Assembly (NCBI GenBank): GCA_002269645.1 | Contig: NIVC01000670.1 | Coordinates: forward strand, 1 to 64,000 | Direction: 5' to 3' | From: Macrostomum lignano | Lineage: Eukaryota | Length of the DNA: 64,000 bases | Part shown: piece after piece, positions 61,872-64,000 of the stretch | Layout: every line of letters starts with the position of its first letter | How positions within the stretch are numbered: position 1 is the first letter of the stretch | Program-made: the position numbers and the translations under genes | Notes under the pieces: model-generated | The model's input: the letters and a program-made list of their open reading frames with translations, nothing else | What the model was told of the DNA's origin: nothing | Databases searched by the model: none

Positions 61872-62350
61872 AGTGTATGCTAATTAAGATGACGAAGCGC
61901 GCGACCGGAATCAAGGTTGGATCATATATAGATAACCTAGATGACGAAATGACTAGAAAACGTATCTACATGTACAAACGAGTCACAGTATAACTACAGT
62001 GCAAGTGGATGCATATACATGTAGTCATTCGCGACTGTGCCACTCTCATCCAGTTGTCCGTTTGAACACTAGTGGTAGTAAGTATTGGACTGGCGCAGGT
62101 AAGTGCCTGTTTGGCCAAGACGGACCGATCCCAGTTTTTCAGATCTAAGCTCAGAACTATGGTAAGTTCTGTGCATCTAAGCTTAATAAGAAGAATCTTG
62201 AGGTAAAGCAAATTTAATGGTTGGCGAAATTTTGAAGTATTTGTCGAAAGAAGACAGAAAAATTATTAGTTTGCATAAAGTTTTTGGACAGATAATTTTG
62301 GTATATACGCTCGTAGATTGAATAATTTTCATGTGCATTTTCTACTATTT

Positions 62351-62620
62351 TCAAAATGTCGTCAATACGTCAGTCTCGTATGGCCCGCGGCCCCCCCATA
62401 ATATGATTTCCGGTATGTCAAATATGGTGTCAATTCTCTTTGTTGCTAGTGGAGTTCTATACCAATACAGTGTACACCATGACCATACCAATTCTGCGTT
62501 ATTTCGATGTAAATTTAAGTTAGGTTCAAGACTATTGGGATGATTATCCTTATGCCTTATAGTGTAGGCGTAGGCGATAGGTGTAGCATAGGCAGGCCAA
62601 AGAACATACATGCGCAACCC
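62351..62620 (-). mobile_element. Degenerate Merlin/IS1595-like transposase C-terminal fragment
   Basis: W.AY..YT.H..NH....P...H...E..W......R..T.R....E..W..R pattern, matching the Merlin C-terminal consensus as I remember it; aligned by eye only. Confidence 0.55.
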
Positions 62621-62700
62621 CCCTGATTTACACTGGCCATGCGACTTACTTTTTGACCAAAAATGCGACTTACCTGTAAAAGAAACCCTAACGCAATTTT

Positions 62701-62764
62701 GGGTAAACGGCAAGAGTAACTATGACTGTCTTATAAGGTATAAATGCCTCGTCATCTAATTAGT
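62701..62764 (+). pseudogene. 64-bp diverged fragment of 28S rRNA (helix 69-71 region)
   Basis: GGGTAAACGGCaaGAGTAACTATGACTgTCTTaTAAGGTAtAAATGCCTCGTCATCTAATTAGT versus the conserved 28S GGGTAAACGGCGGGAGTAACTATGACTCTCTTAAGGTAGCCAAATGCCTCGTCATCTAATTAGT. Confidence 0.8.
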
Positions 62765-64000
62765 ACTATGTCTGTATTCTTCAGGCTGGGAATTTTTGCG
62801 ACTTACCCCTGGTCCACCACAATTTACGGTGGCCAGATCGGCCAGGTCGGCCAGCAGTTGCGCATGTATGCCAAAGAAGCTTAGCATTCTTAACCTGGCC
62901 TGGCTGCAGGCTACACTATAGCCATAGGTATAATACTGATACTGAATCATGCTTACTGATGAATATAGGGCCTAATGTATTCCGTCACAATGATTTAGGA
63001 ATTAGGATTAATGAAACAGGCTGATAAATTTCAATCAATTACATTTAACATCAATATAGGCCTATGCCTATTATGTTAGGGCAGTTAGGCATATAGGCCC
63101 CTAGGCCTATCAACACCAACAAAGTTTTGGAACTCTCATTTTTCTTATAAATAGGCATCTATTCTTGAGACTCCTAGTTCTAGGCCTAGTCCTAATTAAG
63201 ACAGTTTGGTGATATATGCCTATATAATTAATTGGCAAATGTAAAAGTGCATGTTTAATTATTTTTCAACTTAAATGAACACAAAAAGTGTGTTTATTGT
63301 GATAGGAAAGACATTTAAAAACACAAAACTGTAAAATCCATATTACAGAGCTCTTGGGCTTGACATAACTGCCTTGGGGTGCTCACCTTGACTATGGTCA
63401 CTTTATTATCTTAATTAATGCACTACTTTAAGAAAGTCATTTTGTCATCTACCAATCATATTAGTTCCAACTTCAAGCAAATTAATGTTACAATCAAACA
63501 TATTTACTGGTTACTTTGAATCCTGATAATCCCAGATTCCCAGTCATTTTGTTATCTTGATTGATAAAACCTATCAATTGACCAGTTCTACTTGCCACAG
63601 CCCACAGATTAGGCCTATTGTATATACTAGGGGCCTAACAAAAATAATTTACACTAACTCAAATCTCACACATGTTGATTGGTTGATAACAAAGTATCTA
63701 GCATAAATAAATATTTGGTCACTTCATCATATTATTTTTTGAGCTAACTTTGTTTTTAGTCACTTTGTCATCTAATATGATAAAATGGAATATGATTATT
63801 TGACATTCTGACCAGTGACTAGTAGATGTCTAGCCATGTGTCTCCTATCATATTAAATACACTTAGGTATTCATTTATATAGAAAAATAATTAAATGTGC
63901 ATTGTGCATTTCTTTACAATTGCTAGCCTAGTAAATTTTTTGTTAATTGTATAATAGGCCTATTCATTATTATTTAGCTATTTAGCTATTATTATCAATA

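Overview
Eukaryotic (metazoan) genomic DNA: intron-containing genes, many private GC-rich minisatellites, and tRNA-derived SINEs. The pattern resembles a free-living flatworm such as Macrostomum, but this is inference and the organism cannot be proven from the window. Genes resolved by hand to exon level: an aromatic L-amino-acid decarboxylase (DDC-like, minus strand, 9 exons seen, 3' end not found), a divergent Tob/BTG gene, lin-28, HYPK, INSIG, three tandem pyrroline-5-carboxylate reductase (P5CR) paralogs and pyroglutamyl peptidase I. Mobile DNA: an internally deleted R1/LOA-like LINE with a 13-bp target-site duplication (TSD) and a nested solo LTR, a second LINE 3' fragment, two SINE families, a TA-flanked MITE, a hAT MITE and a Merlin-like transposase remnant. 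Most notable observations: (1) four let-7 seed sites within about 170 bp downstream of lin-28; (2) a 64-bp 28S rRNA helix 69-71 fragment (the R2/I-PpoI target region) embedded in transposon debris; (3) a P5CR x3 plus PGPEP1 cluster with homogenised catalytic exons but divergent cofactor-loop exons; (4) an NPGK PLP motif in the decarboxylase; (5) two probable GC-AG introns; (6) a covarying hairpin in a SINE. Most long ORFs in the supplied track are artefacts of minisatellites. All counts were made by eye.
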